64,000 nucleotides of DNA from Balanoglossus misakiensis (Eukaryota > Animalia > Hemichordata), in NCBI GenBank assembly GCA_040954595.2, contig CM082598.2:9315097-9379096 (forward strand). Direction: 5' to 3'. A model generated the notes under the pieces. That model did no database searches. It was not told the origin of the DNA and worked only from the letters and a program-made list of their open reading frames with translations. Each line of letters begins with the position of its first letter. Within the stretch, counting starts at the first letter, position 1. Below, piece by piece: positions 39,927-51,427 of this stretch. The position numbers and the translations under genes were made by a program.

Positions 39927-40210
39927 TAACGGGAAAAGTCTCTCTCTCGCTGCCCTTTTCCATTAAAGGGACACAGTCTTTCTCTTGCTGCCCCTTTTTC
40001 CTGTAATTATGTTTTATACAAGACACTGTTTATGTTATTCTACATGTGGATATACCGGTATAGTGAATCAACGTTGATAACACTCAACTTGCATCCTGTT
40101 TGTAGTAAAATTCTCGCCAAAATGAATAAACGGTAGAGACTGATTATTCATTTTGACGAGGTTTTTCACTCTCGTTTCTACAAGTGGGATGGAAGTTGTG
40201 GTTGAATGAT
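39927..40210 (+). mobile_element. Family C copy with a duplicated left end
   Basis: Two tandem starts (gggaaaagtctctc, agggacacagtc) followed by the family C arm. Confidence 0.75.
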
Positions 40211-40579
40211 GATTCTCATCAAACATCATTTAACAGAATAAAAAGCATATACAAGATTTGTTAAAGCTTAATTTCTTTTATCCAGTTGCAGCTCCTGTGC
40301 CTTTAACAGCAAAGAAAATATGCAATCATGTGTATTAACAGTTCATGAACGCCAAAGTTACTTAATTAATATACTTCATCTGATGTTTTTTTTTGTTTTC
40401 TTGGGCAGTTGATGTCTTAGGTCAGGCTGGTAAACCAAAAACCATCACAAGATTTCAAACAAACACTGCACCAGTGTTTGAACTGTATGGTGACTGGGAT
40501 GAACTAGCAAGAGACAAATGTATCCTTTACTTTTAACTTCTATCAGATATAGAGTTAGGCGCTGTTCTGATCTCAGTGT

Positions 40580-40895
40580 ACACGCCACACTACATCTGAA
40601 CCTATGCCATAGAACATCTCGTTTTAGCGACTTGGTCCATTCGACCAATCACATAGCGGCTTTTCTGATGCTTTGGAACTGGCCACGCACTTCTAATGTT
40701 CAAGTTCGTATGTTTTTCCACACCTCCAGTTTTCTTCTCTAATGACCGCTCTGATTGGATTGAGAAAGTGCGAGATTTAAACAAGATCTCCTATGGCAAA
40801 GGTTCAGATGTAGTGCGGGCGTCCCTTCCGAACAGAACAGCCAAGAATCAGCAAAGCTAAAGACGGTGCCCATCACTACATCTGATTTTAATCAA
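40580..40895. mobile_element. Palindromic dispersed repeat
   Basis: cactacatctgaacct.tgccatag...ctatggcaaaggttcagatgtagtg inverted pair. The tacatctgattttaatca end is shared with 54685-54820. Confidence 0.55.
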
Positions 40896-41345
40896 TTGGT
40901 TTCACCCTCCCAAAGTAACTGAATTGTACTGTAAGTGTTTTTTGCAAAATAAGCTGGAACATGATCGTCTCTGTTTTAAGCAAATTCGCAATTCTGGATT
41001 TTACGTTATTTACAAATATAGATGTGTTGACCATTTTGAAAGTCAATAGTCTGTGTTTTATGAGTATGAAAAGAAAAAAAAATCTGGAAATTTGGAAATG
41101 TTTTCAGAGTGTTCTGCTTGAAGTAGTATGTCTTGGGTGCATGGCATGTGATTTTTCCTTAACTGAATTGATACAGATATTTCAATGACACGAATCATGA
41201 AAGGATTTGTCACCTTGAAGAAGAATCAAGATGTGCATTGTCATAAAATCTGACTTTCAAAAATTTGCCCCTATCAATTCCTCAACAGTGTTCTGTGAAT
41301 GCCGGTTATGGTGGACAAAAATTCGCTGACTGGAAAGATTACTAA

Positions 41346-41565
41346 GGCCAAAATAAAAAATATGTGCTGTTCCGATTGCCCGACCTACCCTAATTTTAGC
41401 CCGCTGACCCTAAACGTTTTAGAGCTTCCTAAACTGGAAGTAAAATTAACGATGTCAAATATACAAAATTTATGAAAATTGCGAGAATCACGCAAGAACT
41501 ATGACGTCATTCTTCTACACTACAGCGGCCAGTAATCGGAACAGCACATATTTTTTAATTTGGCC
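41346..41565. mobile_element. Zator/Harbinger-like MITE, internally deleted
   Basis: taa|ggccaaaat...atttggcc|taa; same family as 27455-27742. Confidence 0.82.
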
Positions 41566-41741
41566 TAATATTGCTAGGTGAAAGAACCCTTTAGAAGCCT
41601 GCTGCTTTGCAACGTTTTATTAAAAATCACCATAAATACTTGTCCACAGAACTTCAGTGCCCCTGTGCTTCATGTTTATTTTAACAACAGACGTTATCTT
41701 TGAACTCACAAAAGTGCACCAATGTTACAACACTTTGAAAA

Positions 41742-42217
41742 GAGGCTATTCGTATAATTCATTATTATACATCTAGTGCCGAGAACAATAGATTTTGGCG
41801 TGCAATAAAAAGCCGTACGGAACGGTACGTACGGAACGCGCGTTAAATATGTCTTTAGTTTCAAGGCGCCCCCAACTCACCGTGTACAGGTATGCGTTGT
41901 TATGCAGACGGTTTCAAGACACCCCCACTCCAACGCACGCGCATGTACGTAAACAAAAAAGAAAGATGGCTGCTCACTGAGTCAACTGAGCGGTTTTCGA
42001 TCGTTTGTATCGGCATTTTGGGCATTTTGAAAGTCAAGTAACATGCAACACAAGAACTAACGGAGATGTAAGATGTATAATAATAAGGTTATTACGAAAA
42101 TACCGCAAAGTATGCACTCGGACATTAGCGCAGCGCATCGCCCTCCGCTACGCGTCGGGCGATACTCAGCGCTAATGTCCTCATGCATACTTTGCGGTAT
42201 TTTCGTAATAACCTCAT
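41742..42217. mobile_element. Hairpin-terminated element (attattataca-bounded body plus ~135-bp hairpin)
   Basis: attattatacatct...agatgtataataat body, then a taaggttattacgaaaataccgc...gcggtattttcgtaataacct hairpin. Confidence 0.72.
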
Positions 42218-43391
42218 AATACTGGTAATTTATGAGTACAGATTGAACCAATGTTTTATACAAACACCTTGTAAATCCATATGAATAATTAATACAATGT
42301 GTTCTCTAAACCAGATTATGCGGTCTCTAGTCTCTCAGCATAAAGACAATGCTAATTTAATTGTAAGTAATGATTAGTTGAGTCTTGGCCTGCTTAAAGG
42401 GAGAAGTGTGTGCAAGAATGTATCAATTGTCAATACTACTTTAGTGGAGACAATTCATGCATGCATATATTTATGGTGGGAATTCTGTGTTGGTCAACTA
42501 AATCATAATCATCATTGTTTCTTGCATCAGTGAATTTCCTCACGAGATGTAGTGTCAAGTTGTCGAATAGTTGGTGTGTAAGCATATAATCTGTTGGGAA
42601 TGCTCATAATATATGCAGTGAGCAATGAGGCCCAATGAGGTTATAAACGGTACGCTCAGGTATTTTCACCTGACAGGTCTTACTGATATTCCGGTTCCGC
42701 AACCAAATACCCTTGCTGGCCGTTTCAAGCAGCGCCCTCATGGACCACTGATGTCCCAGACATCTACATGACCAATTCACCACCTGAGGGCGTACTATTT
42801 GAGTGCATAAAAAATGCAGTCAACCGTGAATAAGACACACTGAGTACCAGTAGGCATTTTGCTTTTCAGAAGAAAAGCTTACCATGTATTGCAACAGGGA
42901 TATGCTGAAGTGTAAACTTTTATTGACTTCTTGTGAATCCCTGTGTCATGGCAGCAATTTCCTTGCAGTTCATCAATAGTGCACGTGGTACCGGTACCAT
43001 TCATACAAAACATGATGAAATCGCGCACATCACGCAAGAACTATTCTTCTACACTACAGCGACCAGAGAAATAAAAAAAAATGCGAAAAAAAAAAATCCC
43101 TACCTACCCTATTTTTGAAAACCACATAAATCGGAACAGCACATTATTTTTTTGGCCTGAGCAGTATGTGACCATGGATATAGTGGTTCAGTGAATTAGA
43201 CATTTTTATTGCAAGCTAGTATTGACATGTCAACATGAAGAGCAAATTGCACAATAAAATGCAATGTAATGCAACACATTACATATTACAGTGCAGTGCA
43301 GTACAACACATTTGTCATGAAGAGTAACAATATGTAACTGTATCATGAGCCACTTACTGTAAAACACTGAATTCTCCTCTCTAAGTCTTAA

Positions 43392-43788
43392 GGATGTGCG
43401 AACATAAACTGGAAAACTGCGCACAATCGTCTTTTTCCGTAGGATTACACGGAGAATAGCTATAAATCTCACTTCTACTAATTGTCATTTTCATGAAATT
43501 TTACACATAGCTTTGTAAAATTCATTGGTCAAATAAAATTGTGTGGTCACTGCGCTCTAATTTGAGATAAACTTTGCTAAATAATTTGCCCATAGACAAA
43601 CCGTGGTGAAAAATGCTGACTCCGCAGTTTTCTTCAAGATATCGATTAAATTCGCAGCCTTGTATTTCGAAAACAAGCAAAGTGACCCCTATATTTTATT
43701 ACGGATTTTCATAATACATAAAAAGGAGACACCAAAATCCACAATTAAAAGAAATGACAATACCTTCAATTTTACTGATCGTACATCC
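43392..43788 (+). mobile_element. Kolobok-like MITE family G, complete
   Basis: TTAA|ggatgtgcga...tcgtacatcc|TTAA. Confidence 0.82.
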
Positions 43789-43809
43789 TTAATTAGGTTT
43801 TTTCTACAT

Positions 43810-43905
43810 AGGTGAAAAAATCTCACATGATCGGCACAATTTTCAAGATGGCCGATTTTGCTATGTGTAAGAAATGGAAGTTAATAAGCTAAAGTGATAC
43901 TGGGT
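43810..43905 (+). repeat. Dispersed repeat fragment (also ~57000-57100 minus and ~61885-61980)
   Basis: Shared gccgattttgc...gaaatgg.agtt.ataagctaaagtgata segment. Confidence 0.65.
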
Positions 43906-45541
43906 CATAAAATGTGAAAGAGTTGAATTGGTTTAAATTCTAACTAAGGCATGCCATATTTGTGGAATATTAAGTATTTTCATGAATGATTCAATGCAGT
44001 CTACAAACAACTGTTTCAGTACTTATATCAGTACAGCAGAATCTTTCCCATTTGGACCTTGAATCAAGATTGCATGCAAAGTTGATGGAATTCTTCAATT
44101 GTTTGATTTCTTCTAGATTTTGACCAAAACTGAACTATCAGTCACGTGGAGTTGATGTGCAGTACAGTGACACATCAGTGATCCTGAAACTGTCGTTTAT
44201 TTTCAAATTTGTTTGAAGCTCCATTAGCTGTAATATTTTGCTATGGTTTCAGAATTTTTGTTTTGTGTTTATATCTATTGCAGTTTCTTGTTCAAATTCC
44301 TGAAACATGATGAAATGCCCTGCATTTTGCTTATCAACACATCATGTATTTGTATAGTCTGCACTGTAATTGTGCAAAATTTGAATTCAAGTCCGGACTA
44401 GAATTAATTTGTAAACAATAACAATGGCTGTTACATACATACAGGCTACTTTGACAGAAGGAGTACAGGGTAACTTAGAATACTGTTTGGTGTAGAACAA
44501 GAAATTGCATTTGATAAACAGAACAAAAAATACTGGAATAAATTTTAAGCCAAGGATACAACTAATGCCCATTTCATGCAGCTATTGTTATGCAAAGTTG
44601 AGTTAGGTTGATTACTCTTTTGGCTCTTTAGGGAATGTTTTTATCACCTTTGAGTAAAATATTATAAATACTCTTTTATAACTTTGGAGTACATTGACAA
44701 TGTTCAATCATCACAAAGTTTCACTGATTACAACACTCATGTCTAGAGTCAATAACATCTAATGATTGCAAACAGAAAGAAGTACCATGCTGTTTGTGTA
44801 TGCAAATATGTACTCATGAAAATACTGAAAATTATTTTAACTGGAGAAACTGTTTTTACATGCGATGCATGATTGTAATTTTTACTAGCATTGATCATGA
44901 TGACAGAGAGAATGTAGAATTGCTGGAAGTTATTATTTTGAAATGTTTTCAACACAATTTTATTTTGATTATCCTTATTTGCTTATCACCAGTTTAAAAT
45001 ACCAATTTGTATCATGACAATCAACTTTTAACAAGAACAACAACAACAACAACAACAAAGATTGACACAATGTTTAATTACAATCTTTATCATGCTTAAT
45101 GTTTTTGTCAAGTAAGAATCAGTCGTTGTAGTACAGCCATAATTTTTTTTGTGTATTCATGATTACAAATATGTGTTATTCTTCTTGACTAAGCAAATAT
45201 CTGAATTTTTGTAAGGTACATTTGTATAATACACCAACACCATCAAATCTTATTTTTTTCCAACAGAACACATTGTACGTCTCACTCCACTTAAGCTGCT
45301 TCAATAAAGATGTGAAAACTATTCCCGCAAATGAAGTTTTGTTGATTCAAGAGGAAATTACATATACTTTTACACATATTTTTTTCTAATATGAAATTCA
45401 CAACTGCAAAGGTCATAGGTTACGGGTATGACTATCGAACATGAGTACGTGTATTGTATGAATAAATACCTGGATAATTACATATAGCACATAGGACTTT
45501 ACATACACTCTTGGAACCATAATCTCTACAGTAATGTATCT

Positions 45542-46231
45542 TTACAATTTCAAGACAAATATTTTAGAAGATGGACAAATGGTAATATCCTTAAAAGGTT
45601 TTTTGCCATTGAATTGAAATTCATTGTAAGTTAGTTCACCAGCATCTTCAAAGCCAAGTTTTTTGTACAATTTTTGACTTTGCAAAGCGGAAGTCTGGGC
45701 AATCACATACTTGCAGCCACGTTTGATCGCCAGCTTCGTTCTAAGATCTATTAACTTGGTAGCAATGCCCCTCCCTTGATAACAAGTATCTACCGCTACT
45801 TTGGCACTCTTGCAAACCAGCCAATCAGGCTGAGCCAAAAAAACGGGATAATCCCGCATGTGTTTATCAAGTTCAGTAATAAAATGCATGACGCATTCGT
45901 AATACGGTAGAGTTTCAGGAGGTGCCAAGGGGTCGTCTTCTTTGCCAAAAAAGTTCTCTACTGTCACCGTGAAAGCCGTTGTCACACCAATCAACTTATT
46001 TGTATTGCTATCAAGTGCAACTACAGAGACGCCATCTTGGATAGCTTCACGACAAACACTTAAATTGGAAGCCAGCTCCACCTTGTAGGGTTGTTTGACA
46101 CAGCTTGACAGAGGTTCCGAGTGAATAAATGCCTTCGTCAGAAGATGAGCACCTTCTTCTTGGAAAAGTTCGGTGAATACCCTGTAGCTTACACCATCTT
46201 TATTCTCAAGTTCTTGTCCAACATCAGCCAT
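45542..46231 (-). CDS. GNAT-family N-acetyltransferase, insect arylalkylamine/dopamine N-acetyltransferase-like, 229 aa, single coding exon
   Basis: Intact ORF. N-terminal AF..SEPL, acetyl-CoA motif A VAVDTCYQGRGIATKL, motif B TSALQSQKLYKKLGFE. Splice acceptor ttcttgcag ends at 46262, 30 nt before the ATG; good start context (acaATGG). Confidence 0.9.
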   Translation of the reverse strand: MADVGQELENKDGVSYRVFTELFQEEGAHLLTKAFIHSEPLSSCVKQPYKVELASNLSVCREAIQDGVSVVALDSNTNKLIGVTTAFTVTVENFFGKEDDPLAPPETLPYYECVMHFITELDKHMRDYPVFLAQPDWLVCKSAKVAVDTCYQGRGIATKLIDLRTKLAIKRGCKYVIAQTSALQSQKLYKKLGFEDAGELTYNEFQFNGKKPFKDITICPSSKIFVLKL

Positions 46232-46861
46232 TGTTCAGTCAATTTGAGACAGAAGTGAGATCTGCAAGAATGATATATAGGGTCAAGAAAGCCATGCATA
46301 ATAATAATATTTATTTCGCGTAGGTCTGATACTGATATTTATTATTCAATGTACTTTTAAATCATTATTAGAACCTGAAAAATATTTAAGTTTTTTAAGT
46401 TACCATAAAAAGAAAGCTGATTTTCGTTGCTCCACACACAAATTGAATATTGAACTGGGGCGTCACTCTAATATCCCACGTCATGAATGAGTGTGTATGT
46501 ATTGCAAAACTGTCAGAAATGTTCACCATATAGAAAACGAATTGCATTTTGTATTTATTTGTCCTTTTTATGAGGATATCAGAACAATCTACATTCCAAT
46601 GATTCACAGCTAGAGAGTATCCAAGTGTCAGAACTTTTGTAAATCTTCTCTCATCACAGAATGAACATGTAATTTCTCAGTTGTCTTTATTTTTGCTGAA
46701 CGCATTAAAAAACGTGAGGAGTTGCCACGATTAACATGGAGCTTTTCTCCATGAGTTGAATTTTGAGTAGCAGAGTGTACATATTATCCTTTTTTTTTCT
46801 TTTCTTTTTTGTCAGTGACCTTCTCAGTATTGTATGTTCCAAGGCCTTGCATTGAATAATA

Positions 46862-48187
46862 AATATCATTATTATACACCTACTGCTGTAACCTATGGAG
46901 TTCCGTGATACAATAATTCGCGGTATCACCGTACAATAATTATTCAAATGAGGACGCGGAGTCCCATAACCCACAGGGTTATTGGACGCATTGTGCCTTT
47001 GACCTCACAGGACCGGTGATCAATGTAAACAATATAAGGTTATTCACAAAATACCGGGATTTATGTCCGAGTACATCGTGCAGCGCAGGTATTGTCCGAG
47101 ACGCGCAGCGTCGAGGACAATACCGAAGCGTACGATGTACGAGGACATAAATCCCGGTATTTTGTGAATAACCTTATTATTATACAGCTTTTCCGGACGT
47201 CTTTGATGAACGATAAAGAATAAATTGTCCGCTATCGGACTTTCTAGTTTTCAAACGCCGCCATGATGTAATTTGCATATCGAACACGCCTTGACCTCGC
47301 GCATCAGGTGATGCTAGTGTCGAGCTGCCGATGTCTCGCGCGCGACGTTCTACGCTGCTTGCGCTGAGCTCGTTCTGGAACTTGAAATGAACGCGCTTGC
47401 CTGTTCGTTCACAGATTCCTTCGACTGAAATTTCAGCGTGGATTTTGACTTATTTCGTATCTTGGGTCACCAATAATTTTGTTTAATAACGGCTGGTGTA
47501 CTTTTTATATAAATTTTTGTCAGAGTAGGGTTAATATCATTGTTTACATTGATCACCGGTCCTGTGAGGTCAAAGGCACAATGCGTCCAATAACCCTGTG
47601 GGTTATGGGACTCCGCGTCCTCATTTGAATAATTATTGTACGGTGATACCGCGAATTATTGTATCACGGAACTCCATAGGTTACAGCAGTAGGTGTATAA
47701 TAATGATATTAACCCTACTCTGACAAAAATTTATATAAAAAGTACACAGCCGTTATTAAACAAAATTATTGGTGACCCAAGATGCGAAATTAGTTAAAAT
47801 CCACGCTGAAATTTCAGTGGAAGGAATCTGTGAACAACAGGCGAGCGCGTTCATTTCAGCACAAGCAGCGTAGAACGTCGTGCGCGAGACAGGCAGTTCG
47901 ACACTAGCATCACCTGTTGCGCGAGGTGAAGGCGCGTTCGATATGCAAATTACATCATGGCGGTGTCTGAAAACTAGAAAGTCCGATAGCGGCCTATTTA
48001 TTCTTTATCGTTCATCAAGGACGTCCGGAAAAGGTGTATAATAATAAGGTTATTCACAAAATACCGGGATTTATGTCCTCGTACATCGTACGCTTCGGTA
48101 TTGTCCGAGACGCGCAGCGTCGAGGACAATACCTGCGCTGCACGATGTACTCGGACATAAATCCCGGTATTTTGTGAATAACCTTAT
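46862..48187. mobile_element. Composite of two opposed, permuted copies of a ~670-bp hairpin element (A-P-B-A'-B'-P')
   Basis: A 46862-47033 is the reverse complement of 47539-47710. Hairpins P 47034-47177 and P' 48044-48187. B 47178-47541 is inverted relative to 47702-48043. Confidence 0.85.
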
Positions 48188-48194
48188 AGTATCA

Positions 48195-48630
48195 ATATTT
48201 ATTTCTTATAGAGATCTCAGCACTACATTTAAAAATCTCAATGCGCTTTACACAACACTAAAGATGGAAAAGGTAAAAAATAATTAAAAATTGCGATAGA
48301 CACCTAAAAACTCACAGAGACAGAATAATTAAAAAAAATGTCTAGGAATAAAATGACCTTAAAAGATAAATTTTTAACTGACTTCTGAAATTTCTATAAG
48401 AATTGGCTAGCCTTATCTGAGAAGGTCAAGCATTCCACGAATAGGGAGCACATACGGAAAAGGCTCTATTGTCATAAAAAGCTGTGATGCAGACAGGCTG
48501 ATGATCGCACCACTAGACTAAGCATTTCTGACTTGGCCTGTAATGATTTTGTATGTGAAGGAAAGAATTTTAAAATCAATACATTTCTGGATTGGAAACC
48601 AATGTAAATTGTGTAGTACTGCTGTTATCT
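48195..48630 (-). mobile_element. L2/Crack-type LINE 3' remnant
   Basis: Minus strand reads LHNLHWFPIQKCIDFKILSFTYKI and YDNRAFSVCAPYSWN; L2-type tail tgtaaagcgcattgag...aaataaat. Confidence 0.8.
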
Positions 48631-48899
48631 AACACACTCCAGTTTTGATAAATTCTTTGGAACACATGATCAAATGGTTGCTATAATTTTGGTATTAAAA
48701 GAATCAGACAATATATATTACCCACTTTTAATATTCTTGGTTTCAATTCTTGTAAAGTACTAGACTCAGAAAATTTACCGGTAATAGTTTTCCACTCCAA
48801 CTGCAATAGATATATGGGGGTCACACAGAGACAATTAAGACGGTTCTGAAATGTCACAGATGAAATACTGGCGTAAATTATTATGTGTGAACGGTTTAA

Positions 48900-51085
48900 G
48901 GTGGCATTGCATGAGAAGTTGTGATTTTTGCCAAATTTTACTTTTTTACATAAATCGGTAGGTCTAATACTGATCCACATTCTGACAAATGCGTCTTGGT
49001 GGAAATGGTGCATAATCACCCCAAAATAGCACTTTTCTGAATGAGTCCACTGCAAATTGCCGTTTTTCTCAGTTTGCATTTTCGCTGCTTTTGGCCGAAT
49101 TTGCTCATATTTTAACAATACAAAATTATTTTTAGTCGATAAAGAGTCCCTGGTGGGAATAAACTCTGATTCAATACAACTCATCGTGAATTTGATCAAA
49201 TTTTCTAAAAATCTATCTTTCAAACACTATTACTCCTCAATGGAAGCAGATAACGGAAAACAAAATGTTCAGGTTTTTTTGCATGTGTACTCTAGTTTCG
49301 AATGACATATTAAGATGCATGATGCATGGTCAACTTTTTTACCTAATTTCAATTGAATGACATAATATCAAAAACAAATTTTTTAACCCAAAAATGCCAC
49401 CATTTCCGGGGGTCAATAAAATGTGCAACTCAAACAAAAGTTCAAAAACTCAACTTCCAGAATATGTATGTTTTATAGGGGTTTTAACGTTGTCTTTGAT
49501 GAGAAATAGGCCTCTGAAAAAGTCTTGACGGTTTCGTGCAATGCCAGACCAGAGCTGGTGTAAGGATTAACACCTCTTGATAACTCTTTGTCTATGGGAC
49601 CGAGCCTCAGTGCCTATACATAAACTTTAAGGGCTTTCTCACGTGCAATGATTAGGGCGCCCTTTTTGGGATTATAAAAGTTGGCAAACATTTCTTATCA
49701 GCGACTCAAATAGTTTTGCATTCACATGTGTATAAAAGGGACGGGATCACCGCACTCAATGCGTCCACAGCAGCGTGGCTAAAGGTCACAATGGCGGATT
49801 CAGTGATGTGTTTACTGTATATGTAGCTCTGGACTTATACCCAAACAGCGTATAAGTCCAGAGCTACTGTATATGGTACTCCTGAATTTGCTTTTTAAAC
49901 GTCGCCGACGCCGATTTCATGGGCATTTGAATGAACCGATACCGGTTTATGGTAACCTTTCATTGGAGGTTGCGCCTGGAAGACTGCAGTCCATGCTACT
50001 AAATCGTCGTCGGAGGTCGAGTTTGCAATTCCTTTGTATGTGCCTTGGCCATTTCCGCGTCACTCCAATTGTTGCCTCGAGACACTGCTTCGGCCATTGT
50101 TTTAGTAAAGTGAACCTCAACGCTTAATGCAGCGCTTAATGAGACAAACCGCGTCGGCAGAGTGCGTTTAGATCGGCGTTTAGTGCGGTGTTTCTGTTCA
50201 CACATGATTTGAATCGCTGTTTAGTGCGGCGCCCCGACCCAGGTCCCACCCCTCAACACCGTCACAAAAAAAGAGCGGCGCAGGGCCGCTCTCACCTTTT
50301 CACACGTGGCACTTACAAATTAACGCCGCCCTAGGGCCGCCGCTGGGGCGGCGTTGACGGCACGTGAGAAAGGCACTTTTGTGTGTGTGGACACAATGCG
50401 GCTCAAAGGATTAATGCTCTGTGTTTTAAAGGGCGTTCTCACTGGCACGTTTAAACCGGTGCTACACCGCAGTCTGATTTCAGGGTACCTAATTTACATG
50501 CATTTGCATAAAATCATTTCAAATGAACAGCGCCCCCGTGCTTAAGTATGTGTCCGTTAGGATTTTTTCCCGAGGTACCGATAATCTCACTTTTCCAGCT
50601 TAATACTGCGTTAGAAGAATTATTCTCATCCTGAAACTGACGTACACCCGGTAAGTTGCTGTTTCTATCATATTTCACGCCATTGTTAGTCCAAAGTCGC
50701 GTTTCGAGTGGTGTGCCCGTACGGACTTTCACGATTTTTCCGTGATTTTCAACACTGCCCCGCGTCTAAGTGCCGGTTTTTAAAAATCGAAAATTGACAT
50801 AAATCGTTGAGTTGATTATTGTTTTATCGAAATTTGCGTATTTTTAGTCTGCTCAAGGTCCGGAAAAATTGCGAATGCCTGTTTACTGAGTGTGTGTATG
50901 TACCGTGTTCTAACATGGCGGCGGAGGGAATCCATACCCGGAAGTAGCGAATGCGCGACTGTGGCAAGCTATTTTAGATCATTATGTCCCGGTCCAATTT
51001 CGTAATTTTCTTGCTGAGAGCTCTGATTGGACACGATTTTTGGCGCAATGATGGGACAGTAGGTGTCCAGACGTCATCGTAGACC
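48900..51085. mobile_element. Probable large TTAA-flanked (Kolobok-like) non-autonomous element containing a nested TIR element (~49631-50386)
   Basis: TTAA|ggt...acc|TTAA with weak TIRs. Inner ctttctcacgtgc / gcacgtgagaaag inverted pair. ttcaacactgccccgcgtc is shared with ~52942. Confidence 0.4.
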
Positions 51086-51089
51086 TTAA

Positions 51090-51427
51090 AGGGACAAAGT
51101 CTCTCTCTCGCTGCCTTTTTTTCCATTAATTATATTTGATACAAGACACCGTTTGTTATTCTACATGTGGATATATAGTGAATCAACGTTCAACCACACA
51201 CAACTTCCATCCCTCTTATAGACAGGAGAGTGGAAAAACTCGCCAAAATGAATAATCGTTCTTTACCATTTATTCATTTTGGGCGAGTTTTTACTCTCAT
51301 ATCTTACAAGTGGGATGGAAGTTGTGTGTGGTCGAATGTAGATTTACTATATATCCACATGTACATTAACATAAACAGTGTCTTGTATCAAACATAATTA
51401 ATGGAAAAAGGGCAGCGAGAGAGAGAG
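51090..51427. mobile_element. Kolobok-like palindromic MITE family C, near complete
   Basis: Whole element is an imperfect inverted repeat. TTAA|agggacaaagtc left end; right tip lost. Confidence 0.85.

Noticed and set aside
48681-49223. 180-aa minus-strand ORF
   Set aside because: No recognisable domain; it straddles the boundary of a probable TTAA-flanked repeat.
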